From NCBI GenBank assembly GCA_046563655.1, contig CM102289.1:5456001-5520000 (forward strand): a DNA stretch of 64,000 nucleotides. Reading direction: 5' to 3'. Made by a program: the position numbers and the translations under genes. Positions 1 through 14,100 of the stretch are shown here, piece by piece. This DNA comes from Yuukianura sp. NJ FZ-2021. Its lineage: Eukaryota. Under the pieces are notes generated by a model. The model saw only the letters and a program-made list of their open reading frames with translations, ran no database searches and was not told the origin of the DNA. Numbering within the stretch: position 1 is the first letter of the stretch; every line of letters begins with the position of its first letter.

Positions 1-2179
1 ACATTGGCAGTCCATTTTCCTTCTATAACATAACCTGCACTTAACTCTTAAGTTATAGTTTTAAAACCAAGTATTGGCCAAAACCCGTAGTGTTAAACTG
101 AGTTTACAAAGTTCATGTAAGAATTCGATGAAAATATTAAAATGAAACTTTTACTGACCGGAAATGGTTTTGAATTTAGCCGTGAAAAATACTTACGATT
201 GAAATGTTAAAGTAACAATGTTCGTGTTGGGGTGAAGTGAGATGCGGTGAGAAACAAGTTTTATTACAAATGGTTTCGATGCACACGGAGAAGCTTTTAG
301 AGAGAAACGTGAAGCGCGTAAATCAAAGATGGAGGACAAAGTGAAAGTGGTGAGATGATGTATGGTGACTGTAGGAAGATGATGTGCAGGTTTTCCTAAA
401 AGTCTCCTCTGCCCGCCAAGTCTGAAATTGAGTCGTACAATTTGCATACACGGGCAAAGTTAGTTCCAAATGCGAGTCACGTTGCTTTCTCCACGGTGCA
501 TGACAAATAAATGGGAAGGACATGCTCCAGCTCTTCTCTTTAGTGTAAATGAGATGTACCGGAAGGGCTAAGTACAGAGAAATAGACGTATGCGCTCAAC
601 ATAACGAGCACATACAACATGCATGCCCCACGTAGACATACTTTTTTTTTCAGAAAAAAAAAACTAAAAGGAAAGTTCAAAGAGAAAGTGGGGCCACCAG
701 GGGTGAAAGACCACATCAAGACTTTTTCATCTCCACATTAAGAGACATTTCTCATATTAGAAGCCTGGAAAGCAAAATGCCCATCTCTGCATATTCTTTT
801 ATGCTCGTATGCCCAACAGTAGTGAGAGGGGAACATGACAAGAAGCGTGCTCGGAAGTCATCGAGCCATTAGACACTAGGAGTTATGTTCCAGAGGCGGA
901 AATGTAATGGGAACCAAAGGCGGGCAGCTCCACTTTTGCCCATTTGTGGAACTCGAGGAGTGGTGCCACAAAGTTTGACTCAAATAGGATTTGCACATAG
1001 GGGAAGAAGAGCGGGAAATTGCGGGAATGTTGGTCGTTGGGAGTGGCGAAAGTGGAGAAAGTAAATTGAGAGACTTGTGTAAGGATTGTTCTTTTTCCCA
1101 GCTGGGATTCCCTACTGTACAGACCCTGATTACTGCTGGGCCTGTTTCTGTGGTACTGCAGGAACTGTTAGCACTACCACAGCATGAACTCTCCACTTTG
1201 TTGCTAGAACCCATTATCTGCTGTAATCATGCCCATCATCACATCAATTAAGTCAACGGACATGGAAACACACCAAACCAAAAACTCAATTCCAAAAACC
1301 AGCTTTACTTCTCAAACCAGAACCCAGCACTGTCCAGTTTCCTTTTCATCAAACGAGAATAGGGGTCAAGGTGGTGAAATTAAAAAAAACGACAAGAAAA
1401 ATTTAACAAAATCGAAAAGGAACAAAAATATCTGTATTTAGAATAAGAGCAGAAAAAAACAGCAGTAAAGAAATGATGGCGAGAAGTTAATCAATGTTTA
1501 AAACTTACAACAAAACCAGGCGTCGAACGTAAAGTTTTTACAAAAGAAAGTGAAAGAAAAGGTAATATAGTTGCTTAGAAAATCGAAGGTTTTTGTAATT
1601 GCTGTCCTACTAGATATTATTTGTTATTTTTTAAGCACGGTACGTTTGTACTTTTTTTTTTGAAATGGAATGTGAAGTCGCAGATTTAAAAGTTTCTAAA
1701 AAGTAATTAGTGTAATAGGTCGTTAGAAAAATTAGGCCAATTTCCTAAAAAGAACACTCACCTTGTTCTCTCAGCTAGAAAATCCACGCAACTGCTGTTT
1801 CATTTTCTAGAGATTTTTACTATTAGCCTTATTGTCTTTTCCGAAACGAAACGGCACAAAATCGCTTTGTTCTGAATGTTTACATCTTAAGTAACTAACA
1901 AAAAAAAGTAATGACAATAAAAAAAGAAGTGAAATAAATAATAAAACAAATAAAACCTAGCAAATGTAAAATCTGTGAAAACCGTTTCAGAATATAGAAA
2001 AAGTGTGCATTTATACATTGTTTAGCGCAAAAGTGATCGGATGATGTCCGGGTTTAACTAACTGAGCTTCCTGTCTGTTAAATTTAATTAATCTTCCAAT
2101 TAGTTCACACTTCTACTCTTCCGTTGTATATTTTGCGCTTGTTTGTGCCACTAGACTAACTCCTATTGTTCTGTTGCAG

Positions 2180-5100
2180 GTTCCGCTGTTGCCGGTGGAT
2201 TGACTGTTGTGTCAAGTGGGTTGACAGTGAGCGGAGGCGGGTCTTCACGGAACGTGTCAGTTGACACGCCATCGACCTCCACTTCCCCTTTGTTCCTCAA
2301 TTCATTTTCATCATTAGTCAGAGACAATGGAAGCGAGGGGGCTGGGGTGGACATCAAAGGAGCCACTGGGTGGGACGGTGGGGCCAGAGTGGATTCAATC
2401 GAAGCCCCGCCGGAAAATAGTTCCTTTCTTTCAGGAAACCGAACTCTGACGGCACAAGTCAACAGCAATGCCCTCATCCCATGTCTCGTCAAAAGTTCAG
2501 CCGAAGGAGTCACAGTAAGTTTTGTCAACATCCAGATAATTTTTCAAAACAAGAAAAATGGAGATTTTGAATGACAAGGTCATAGGTTAGCACTGCATGA
2601 TTTAAAAAAATTCATGGGCTCACAAGACTTGCCGCGATTACTACACGGAACTTTTAAGTAACTCTAGCTTTTAAGCAGGCTTTTAAAACAAACGTTTGAA
2701 AGTGGGAAATTTTCAGTGGTGTGAACAAATCTTCGAAAATTGCGCTCTACAATAAGTCAAAACCTCAAATGGCCATAAAAGTGTCAGATTTCACACTTTG
2801 GAATTGTCCAAAAAATGAAAATGGCCTCTTGCACCAAAAAGTGGGTCATAAGCACAGAAAGTGCTCATCTCTAGTTCCTTCTTAAACCTAACTCTATAAG
2901 AAGTAGATGGACATTCTCAATCCACAAAGAAAATTTAATGGAATAAAATTTTTATCTTTGAAACTTCAAATGTTGAAAAAACGATCATCCTTGACTTTCC
3001 AAGAGATTCTAAATGACTCGAAAAATCAGGGTTCAGATTTTTTCCAGTCCACAGAATCCTTCCAATGTTCAAGGTTATATCAAGTTCCATATTTTGGAAA
3101 CCTTTAAAATCGTTTAACGTGACTGGCAAATATTGCGTAGCATTTTTTCGTATAGACTTAAACCAGACCGAATTTTTGAGAGAAAATCAGAATTTCTATG
3201 CCTCAATTTGTTTATAAACAAAAAAAAAAATTAGGACATACAAAGGTTGAGTCGAAATTTTTGTTACGAGTAGAAAGGGGATTTGAAATCAGAGTCGCAG
3301 AAAATCTGTATTTTTCTATTAGTAGAAACTTCATTATTATAAACTATGTGCCTGCACGAGACTTTGGAAAGAACGAAATTTGCCCAAAGACAAGCCACGA
3401 AATAAGAAAAAATTGAAAACTTTACAAGGAGGGGCATAGTGAAAAACAGGCGTTTTGTGACTTAGTATGCATTTATACATAATTTCAAGTTCAGTAGCAG
3501 AAGGACAAAGGAAATTGAAATAGCTTTGTTTTTAGAGGAAAAGAAAATACCAAATTATAATTTTATGAATAATATTACAAATCTCAACCTAATGGTATTT
3601 TACTCTTTGCTACTACTTTTAGAATCGTCTACACTTCGGCATAACGTATGAAATTAAATAGAAACTTTGAAAAATCTTCAAAAAAAAAAACTTTTGAAAA
3701 AACTTTGAAGATTCTGTTTAAAAAATGTGTAAAAGTTTGCACTGAAAAAGGTGTAAAAAATATACACAGAATTTGTAATTTGTGAATTGTATGACCCCAG
3801 TTGAAATGGAAATCTGTTGTGAGAAAGCGCATTGGATGGAAATGAGATTTCTTCTCGGAAGCCGACACATGAAGAAATGAAGAACCATTGAACGGGAACG
3901 TCAATTTTTTCTGAAGACTTTTTTTTCATAGCTTTTCTCCTCCATGTCTGCTTTCCTGCTTCGGCTCCCCTGTTAAGAAGATTTGAAATTTGGAAATACA
4001 CTCCAGGTGTAAAAATTCAAGCACTCAGATGGAAAATGAAAAAAGGAGAAATCAAATAAAGAAATCAAATCGAAATCTAACGTTACCCGCCTCCCCCGTT
4101 CTTTATAAAAAAAAACAAGCAAAAACGAGAAAAGTCTCGTTTTCTCGCTTCCATCGAAATCAAAAGGATTTCGACTGTATTTACTTCAACTTCAATAGAC
4201 TTCTGCGAAGAAATGTAGCAAACGGTGAAGGTATTATACAGTTAGAGCATGACAACTTAATAACATTCCGCTGCCACACTTCACCTCAAAGTCTAATGCA
4301 GAAACTGACGTCTTTCCTTATCTCATTTCAAAGAAAGATCAGAAAATTTCTTACCCCTTGGAAAGCAAAAATTTGTGCTTTCAAACTTTGAGGAAAAAAG
4401 ATCCATCATATTGTTGGATTTCTTTCTCAAAATGATTTGAAGCAGCATTTTAGCGGCCAGTTTTGAGAAAAACGTCGTAAGAAATTTTCCGATGGAAAAC
4501 AGTGTGATGGATAATCGAAAAGTAAAAGCGCTGGAATTTTTTCCTGCCCGCATTCATGTTCAAAGGCGAGGAAATTTTTGGCGCTTTTTGTGTTTCAAAT
4601 CGGAAACAAAAAACAATATCCGGAGGGACACACGAAGCCTCGTTCTTCCAATTTCCGACGAAAATTGTTCTCACTCTGCACCATTTTGTAACCACCTATC
4701 TATCTAGAAACGCAAAAAAAAAGCAGCGCACTCTACTGAAACAGATAGCTCAAATTAGATCGACTTTTATCATTGTCCATTTTGAAAACGGAAGGCCAAT
4801 TTCACAGCACCTTTTTCTTTTCTTTTTCAAATCTCAAACGAATGTTCTAAATCCTTTTAGAAAAACGCGAAAAGTTTAAATTTTTTTTTTCTGGCAACAA
4901 CTTTCAAACCATCGATCCCACGCCTTTCGTCAGCCCACCATTATTCAATTTTTTTGAACTTTGTTGCATTTTTAGGATTTCAAAAAGGGAGAAATAATAC
5001 GTCAAAGTTTGAAAGTTATGGACACGTCATTCGTTGCAACTGTTCACTTTCCCCGTCTTTTCCTCGTTCTGCTCCATTACAACTTTTCACTTTTCAAAAT

Positions 5101-8100
5101 TTTATGCGCAGCAGATGGATCCTTTAGTCCATATGCCACTCACTCCATTTCCTATTTTCAAATTTTCCCGCTGCAACATCCTGCTGGAGTTATACGTAGT
5201 TACACCCTAGAGCTAATTCAAAGAATTCTAGCCGAATAAACTAAGTTTATAAAATGTAACCAAATTTTTAATTTTGATTTCAGGTATCATGGATTCGTCG
5301 CGAAGTCAAAAACTATCATCTGCTGACCGTTGGGCTGGGAACTTACAGTAGCGATAATCGCTTCCAAGTAATTCATGCACAAAGTCCTGAGGTAAATACG
5401 CGCCAAACTTTGTTCTTCTCAACTTTCTCCTAAAACCAAAACAAACTCTCTTCCCTCACATACTTTCACTAACTAGAAAGAAGGGAACCATGTTCTAAAT
5501 ATTCAAGAAACTTTTTGAACTTTGTCCTTCCCGCATTTATTTACATACTAACAGATGGGTTCATCTCCATTTTACCCTCAAAACCCAATTTAATTTAACC
5601 AGCCTCTAGTACAAAAGGAAAACAAAGTTTTTAGATAAAAGTTAAACAAAACAAAACTTTTGTCTTGTTTCCATTTTTGGCAAAGACATCTCACTCCCAC
5701 TTACCAAAGAAAAAACTATTTACACAATTTTGTAACCAAAGCCAGAAAAATTTTGGAAACCCATTTTCATTTTCTGGTCAAACGAAAAGTGACACGGCCA
5801 GTACTGCGTGTGCTTTACTTTCAAAAGTTCAAACAACGGCGTGTTTGCCTTAAATTCATGTGATCAAACAGACTTCAAAATTTTATGATTTGACTACGCA
5901 ACTTTGTCAAAGCTTGTTTTCTAAAACAAATATTAGAAAACTGGGTGAAAATTATTCAACCAGTTTCAAGGAAGAGTGGTCCAGTTTACACCTAAATAAT
6001 CTCTTTCATGTTACTTTACGTGAACCTTACTCTTGACGTTTTAGTTCTAAAAAACTTGTTTGAAGAACGCCAATGGCCTTGTTTTTTAAATTATGTGTTT
6101 TAGTGAACTTAAAAGTTAAGTTCATGGAAATTTTGGGAAGAGGAAAAGAGGAGGCTTGTTTCAAGTATATTTTAATCTCTGGCAGTTACATGTTAACAAT
6201 TAACCCAAAGCACTCTGCCTCTTTTCTAAATCCATGAACACTGTGCTCCCTTTCTTTTCGTTAGGCGAAGAGAGAGAAAGTAAGGAATACATGAATAAAT
6301 TAGGAAAGTAAAAGGAGATACACGGTCCTGGCTCCCAAAGAAAGTTCAAATTAAGTCCAAGGCGGGAATTTGAATTTTCCCACTTCCTCCAAAAGAAACT
6401 TTCTTCGCTCTTTTCCCACTTTGGCATGTCAGGCACTCATCCCTTTGTGGGAGAGATTGGAAACAGAAGTGAAAGTCAACACAGAGCAGAACTCACATTT
6501 ACTTAAAATTAGTTTGTACAGTTTCTTGCATTTTTACGACTAAAATTTGCCTTTACTTCTTTTTTTGAAACCACAAACGACTTGCAAATTAGATTGTAAA
6601 AATTTTATTACACGAACAGGAAATACGACGATTTTTAGAAACATTTCTCAACTATGTAAATTTAAAGGCATAACTTCTTCTTTAAGTGGCAAAGAGTTTA
6701 GCTTTTAGCTTGAAGTAAAATATTTTCAGCGTAAAGTTGACGTAGAAATTAAGAAAACAGTGTGATGCTGCTGGTCTATTACTAAAATCTACAAAGAAAG
6801 TTAGTGATGCCTTCGCCTTTCTTAATTTCTGAAGTTTTGTTATTCTTACACAAGGTTTCACTGTCGGGCAAATGGAAGAAAGTTGGAAAACGGAGTAGGC
6901 GTTCCGTTTCCTTTCGCCTTAACTTTTGGTTGCAATTTCATTTTTTATTAGAAAAACTAACTTTCTCTCCTCCTTCCATTAATCTCAACATGACCGATTT
7001 TAGTGCTCATCCAGACGCGTAGAACGCATGAGCAGCACTACCAAAATTGATTGCTCAAGAAAGTCAAACAACTTGTCTACAAAAAACGGTGAACAGAGAA
7101 AGTAGAGAACTTAATTAAAATTGTGTGACATAAACTACCCTAACCTTAACCTAAGCACTGTTTAGAAATGAGTAAAAATAGGTTAACAAATGTTATGTTA
7201 ATATATAGGCATAGGGGTACGTTAACATTGGGTTGTACTTTTCTTTTAGTTTCGAAAACACAAAGTATTGGAGGAAATTTTATTGCGGAATTTGTGAGAC
7301 TGACGTTTACGACAACATTTAAAGTTGTACTACTGTAAAATTTGAAACAAATCTACTTTGCAATGAGGTTCTTCTCCTTTTATTTAGGAGTAAAAGAATA
7401 ACGTAAAAACGTAACCGTAAACGTAAAACTTAACTGAAGGGTAGAATTCGTTTTCCGTAAACCTCCACTTTACTACTCAAGCATAACTTAGCCTTCTCTT
7501 TAGCAACCCACACAATTTTTTTTCCTTTAGAATTGGACATTTATTTTGAAAATGATTCAAACTCACTTCTGACCGCGCAAAGCAATACGATTTTTTACTT
7601 AAAAATTGACAAATGTTTTTTTCAGATTCTGACAACTGACAATGAAAACCATAACTCTCTTTCTTTTTTGTTGAATTTTGATTCTACTGAGTAGTAGCCA
7701 CATAAAAATTTTATGAAGGTATTAATCCAAGTCAGAAGATGAATGAGAGATGAGTAGCGTGAATTAGTGATCGGAACAAATAAGAAACTAAAGCACATTC
7801 AGAGGCTTTAGTCCATTTGTCAGGTTTTGATGGATAGGCACCCAGCTCTAACTAAAACGGAGGGAGTAACTTTACGATTCTTTGGCCCACTTTTTCCTTT
7901 CCACAAGAAAAAGCCATTATTCCTCTCTGACCATCATTTATTTCTCAAACCTTAGTCGTTTTGGCTCTGGAAATGAAAAGTGAAGATGTCTAAATCCTCC
8001 CTAGCACTGACTATTCCTAAGAATTCAGAATTTTGCGGCAGGAGAGACTAAACCACGGAAGATCATAAAGTTTCGATGGCCCAGAAACTGGGCGATCTGT

Positions 8101-11100
8101 CACTGGGAAGTTCCGTTTTAGGGGCTATCTCACACTACTTACGAAAAACTAAGCTAAACATGACGGAGGGAATTCATTTAGCCTTTCGTTTATCCACCTC
8201 CGATGCGCCACGGATTTTACGAACCAGATAAAAGACTTTTCTTTACAGAAAAAAATATTTTTGTGGAAAAAACGAAAAAAAAATAAAAGTGAGTAGAGTG
8301 TCAAAAACTGGAGTACCCTCTTTCCTTAATTAGCTCCAAAGTGAAAGTTAGCGCCGAAGCATTTACGTTTTTACGAATCGTAAAACGTGAAAGTAAAACG
8401 TAGAAGTAAGATTGAGGTCAAAACGTGTCCCAACATATCTGACCTGCCAATTACTTTTCCCCTCTGCTTAACTCAAGAGTGAAATTGAAATTAAAAATTT
8501 ATGTTCCGTGAAAAAAATTCTAAACACAAAATTCACGGCTTTTTATTCCTTGGTTTCCTAAAAACGCAAAAAAAACTGTGAAATTTAGCAAGAAAATATA
8601 TATAAATAAAAAAACTTTCAGAATTCCAGCAGAAAGCGAAACTAAGAACAGCAAAAATCGATTTTAGTTTTTGGAAAAGGGCAAGATTTTGCTGCCATCT
8701 GAAATTTTTTTGAAATGTGAAAGTGGAGCAACTTTTTTCTTCTTCTTTCCTTGCGTCTTCGTCCTCCGTAGTGGTAACTCGATTTTGGAGTCATTAGGTT
8801 TCTAGTATGATAGAAGCTTCTAGAAACGTATGCTGGATTTCGGAGGTTTCAGTTTCCACTTAAGCCAGATAAAAAAAAATTCAGTTTTGAAAAAGGAGAA
8901 GGTTAAATGATTTGAACGCAAAGAAAGCAGGAAATACGGAACGGGGAAAGTTGCCTGCTGAATTGAGTTCTCATCTTCTTTTCTGCCAAAACTTTATTTT
9001 ACATTTTCCTAGCGCCTCTTATTTCCTCTACTACTCCTTTAGTTCGCTCAAAGTGATTTCTAACGAGGATTTATTGAAAATTTTGTGACATATTATAGGC
9101 TCCTTTACTCCATTTTCTTAGAGCGAGCTACCAGCTCCAGTTCCCGTTAAATTCTGCTCGAGTCTTAGATTTAGACTACCCCAGAGCAGAGAAATGGAAG
9201 CTAAAGGAAGAAAGTGGTTCAGATTTAGAAGGCACTTGAGACTTTCAAATCCAGGCAGAGCCATAATATTGGTTTCATTAAAACTCGCACAAGCGGCAAA
9301 CAGGAAGCAACGCTAAGGAACACCAAAAGCTCTCTATCATCACAAATCCTTCGCTTAGCTTCTCCCTACAAAACTCATTTCAGTGCTCAAAATTTTGAAC
9401 TTTCGTGCTCTTTCATTTTAATTAAATTTACTAAATATATGAAGTTAAGTTGGAGTAAAGAAAGAAGCTTTATTTGAAAACAAAGTCAAACATGGAGGGA
9501 ATTTAGAGCTTTCCGGAAATTCAGAATTCTGGAAGTGCGTATAGTTTGTAATAAAAGCGTCTAAAACTAAGCTGTGAAAACAAAAATCCATCAATCATAA
9601 AATGTTAAAGTTAAAAAGAAGAAAGGGCAACAACACTCTTACTTAAAAAGTATGAAAAACGCGGGAAATGTATGATGTTTGGGATTGTAAACAAGGTCGT
9701 GTTTGTAAACAAATTTTTAGCAAATTGATGACAGCTTTCTTTTGTGAAAACACGAGCATTGTGATGTACCTTGTGGTACTCCTATGAAAGTGAATTGGGG
9801 TTAGACATGAGAAAACGTGTTTTTGGTTTAAAAAGAACCTGAGGAGGGTAAATTTGAATTTTGAAAGGACCAAGACAGAGTAAAGCCAATTTTGTTCATC
9901 TTCATCATAAACCCAAGTGTGCCTTTTTCTTTAAAGTAGGAAACTTACCTTTCCATTTGCATTTGCAAAAGAACCTAGAAAAAGTTCGACTACCATGTTG
10001 ACCTACTTTTTTAGATTTGGTAGAGAAAAAATTTTTAGAAAATTTTCGGGGCCAAGTGAAAACATTTGTACCACCAGTGGTAGAAAAGATGGGTGTGTAA
10101 AGAGAAAAGGAGAAAGTTTGGAGAAAATATTTGAAAAAAGAGAGGATTCCTTTTTATCTAACAGAGTGCACGCAAATCTCATTCAGCCCCACATATTTCA
10201 CCTTTTGGAACTTTGGAGCTTAAGCAAATGGGTGGAAAACTTTTGAATTTTGGTGTGTTCTAAAACTGGCGCCTAAAGGAGGTCAGGTTTTTTAGTGACG
10301 TCAATTAATATTCTATACCTTTAGCCTTCCGGCAAATTCAAAAACAATTTCTACCGGAAACTGTCTTACTGATAGTTTATAAATAAAACTTATCGACCAA
10401 ACATAACCTAAACAAAACTTATTTATTAGCCTACACTGACGCTATTCTACATTTGCTGTACTTGAGAACATTAGTTGTGCACAAATTTTAATATCGAGCT
10501 AAATTTTTAATATATTTTAATTGACTTTAAATTAAAAATATAGTAATCCACCCTAAATCCTCTCGTGTGTCGTAAATTCTTGCGAACATCGATATAAATT
10601 TTGTTTTACTCAAACAGCTGAAAAGCATTCGGGGACAGAAAAGTTCTTTGTTCAACTTAAGTTTCAGAAAAAAATTAAAAAGCGTTTCATAAAAAGAGTA
10701 AACACGACCATTCTCTTTGAGTTTATTTGGAAATGAAGTGTAAAGAATAGTGAGAGATTGGGATTCATAGGATTAAGTGATGAGAGTCATTAATCTTCTA
10801 AGCTTGTGTGTTTTTTTCTTCCAAAAAAAATAGCGCCAGGGCCAAAAAAATAACATCAGTCATTGTCTTTTCACTTTTACTTTCTCCTACTTCCCTTTTC
10901 TTTGTATCCCTGTATTTCCTTTCTCTTTGAATTTTTTTTAAACTTCCCGCCCATTTCCCTCCTCATTCGTTACTTTCTTTTTGCTTAAGTTCTCCGTTGT
11001 AATATTATGACACAAAGCGATTTCTCATGCCTTTCAGGACTGGACTTTAAAAATCAGATACGTCCAACCCAGAGACGCAGGAGTGTACGAGTGCTCCATC

Positions 11101-14100
11101 TCCACTCATCCGCCCTCCAGTATTTTTGTCACTCTCAACGTCGTCGGTATGACAATATTTTGTGTGCTTTTCCCGCTTTCTCTTTCCAAAATACAAAGCA
11201 TTTCTCATTTCTAATATTTCATGTTGATGCATAACAGTCATTCGAAAGAAAGCTCTTTCTTTCCAACATAAATCCGCTTCATCTGAGGAGACTCAGATGT
11301 CCCTTTGGTACAAAGTCTTCTCAAAGCTTAATCGTCCTTTGTTAGTTTCAGAAAAGCTCTTTCATTCACTTTTTCATCAACATCAACATTCAAACTCATT
11401 GTTCACTGAGAAGAAGAAGAAACCTTTGACACTTTTGAAATTAAAAACTGCTTCCATAATTTTCTGTATATACATTCGTTTTGACTAAAAAAATCTATTT
11501 TTGGTTTCTTGTTTTAGAAGCGCATGCAGAAATTTCTGGGGGACCTGACAAGTATATCAAAAGTGGAAGTACACTGCGCCTCATCTGTGACTTCAAACTT
11601 AGCACTGAGCAACCTGAATATGTTTTTTGGTTTCAGGTAAAACGATTTTTTTTTCAATTTTTGGTCAAATTTGGAAAAAATGGCCTCGGCAATAAATTAT
11701 GTTGGGATTGTATTGGTTATTTGTTGTTTTGGCGCGAAAGTGAAAGTGGAAGATTGAAAGAAAAGGATTGGAGGAAGGATAAGGTGATTAGGAATGGCTG
11801 GAAGGAAAGCAATCAGCGAAGGAGCTACGTAGCGATACATTTCACACTAACTCAGTGGCCGGAGCGCTCCAGCTCCATTTTCGTGAGCGTTAACGCTTAC
11901 CGAGTGAGTGATGTATCATGGCGTAGTGGCAGGAGAGTTACGGCAGTCACTAAGTAAGTGTAATGCTTATTTGAAATTTTTTCTGTTACTGTGTTGCAGG
12001 GTCTTCGCATGATAAATTACGACCCGAGTCGGAGTATTGAGGTGCGGCATGAACGCTACTCCAGTACGCTCCTACTAAACAACGTCCAAAAAACTGACAG
12101 TGGCAACTACACCTGTAATCCCTCCAATGCCTCTCCAGCTTCCATTTTCGTCCACATCATCAACGGTAATAGTTTTTTAAATATTTTGAAACAAAAATTA
12201 AAATTTGTACAAAATGATTCACAAAAACACAGAATCTGGTCTAAACAGCATTGGCTGTGAAAAATTGAGATCGTCGATACAGTTTCTGTTTTATGTAGAT
12301 ATTTTGTGCTGGAAAATTTGAAATTGAGTACCGTATTCATTTCCGTTTGACTGTTGTAGTGCTAGGGGACAAAGTTTAGAAAGCTATTTAGAATGCAGTT
12401 GGATTCAACTTTCACTGTTTGTGAACGTTAGACTTGAATACAAAGTCATCTTGCGAAAGTGGAAAACGACTGACGTCCCGTTGTCTACGCTAGTCTCGTG
12501 TGTACCGTCTACACTCGTCTTCCTTTCCTGCTATGGCTTATTTGTCCAAGTCGATTAATATTTGCACTCTGTTTTCTTTAGTTTTACATACGGTATCTTC
12601 TCATCTCCAGCTTTCACTTTCGCATTCGCTTTCACTTTTCATCTGCCCCCGGGAAAAGCGAAAACGTAGGCACATGCATACATCTCGCAGAACCAAGGAA
12701 GCGTTTATTACACTACTGTACAGTCGAAGCGCATAGAACAGAAGAAAAAAGTGAAAAGATCTTCTAGCCCAGCCCTTAACAAATTTAGGAGTTTGGGACT
12801 TGGGTGAAAATGAGGAAAATTTCAAATTGGGTTGCTTCACTCCCTCCAGACTTTCATTTTGACTAGTCCAACAGCGGAGCACATTAGTCTCGTCTCTCTA
12901 CTTTTTTTTGTGTAGGAGGCTCCGTTTAACTTTCCAGAATCTTTTTGGATTCTAAATTTTTCTCTGGTCATAATCATAGAAGTGAAAGCGGAAAAGAAAG
13001 TGAGGAAAACAAACTTGTTCTAAGTCTGAAATTAAATGCTGAAGGCTGTTTGGCATTTAAGCTTCTTCTTCTTCTCCTACTTTCTCTTACAAAAATATTC
13101 TTTCTAGTTTCTCTTCCTCCGAATCCACTAGTTTCTGAAAGGATATTTTTTTGTGAAGCTAGAGGGAGAAAGGGCATTAGATCCTCTTTACACTGGATCA
13201 CCTTCATATCCATTGAGAAAGTTCCTGGAAGGTTTGGAGCCGCACTTTCTCCAGGGGCTTTGAACTCGAGCCAAATACTTTCTGCGTACTGGAGAATTTC
13301 ATTACTTGTCTAATTTCCTACATTGGAGAAAGTGGGAACTCATGCCCATTGGTGCCCATGCTCCAATTTTGGAGGGAGTAACTACGCCTGGGAAATTCTA
13401 AAGTTGGACCAAAACTATACTGCAGTTTGTTCTTAAGCACGCGATCAGAGCAGGAGAAAGCATATCCTCTGTCTCACTATTTTACAAATTAAAGATGCTT
13501 CTTTTGTTCTTTACTTAAATTACCTTCTCTTTTTCTCTTTCTCCAAATCTTTTACTGATTTCATCAACTTTTATGTCTTTTCTTCTTTCTCCTGTTTTCG
13601 CCTTCAATTGGAATCGTTTCAAGGTGCGGATTGAGCAAAAAAAAACTCAAGTAATATTTTACAGTAATAAAGTGCTAAAACATAAAGGAAAGCATAAAGC
13701 CCGAAGTAAATACACCTTGAAGACTCATAATTGTCCAATTCTTCAAAATTTTGTCTTTCAAAGATTTCTAAGCAGATTTATTACCTTAACAACTTAGATT
13801 TTATAAAACAGAGGTTCGATTTTAAGTAGAATTTTGAAAGTTTTGGTTTACTTTAGGAACAATGTAACAGCCTATTAGAAAATCTAGGAGAGTCCTAATG
13901 AAGTTGTGGTTTTGGAAGAAGATTTTGAAAAGGCAGTGGATTCATTTGTTCGAATTTCTGTACATTTCCCGCGTTTTGAAATTGAGCTGATTTTGGAGCT
14001 TTGGAACAGAGGTTTTACAAGTAGGCCGTGGTTTGTGGAGTGGATTTAAGACAAAGAGAATTTGAAATTCCCGCCACAACCAAAGGAGACTTTGTCCAAT

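Noticed and set aside
876..1251. Overlapping ORFs on both strands (112 aa minus, 86 aa plus) as a possible first dpr exon or separate gene
   Set aside because: No signal peptide, no recognisable domain and no convincing phase-1 donor linking to exon 2180.
8362..8392. Short palindrome TTACGTTTTTACGAATCGTAAAACGTGAA
   Set aside because: Short and AT-rich with no supporting context; plausible by chance.
11850..11910. Hammerhead ribozyme (stem followed by GAAA on the minus strand)
   Set aside because: The CUGANGA core is not in the required position.
11481..11957. 158-aa ORF as one continuous Ig exon
   Set aside because: Only 11518-11636 is clearly coding; the rest is read-through past a CAG|GTAA donor (the microexon candidate is treated separately).
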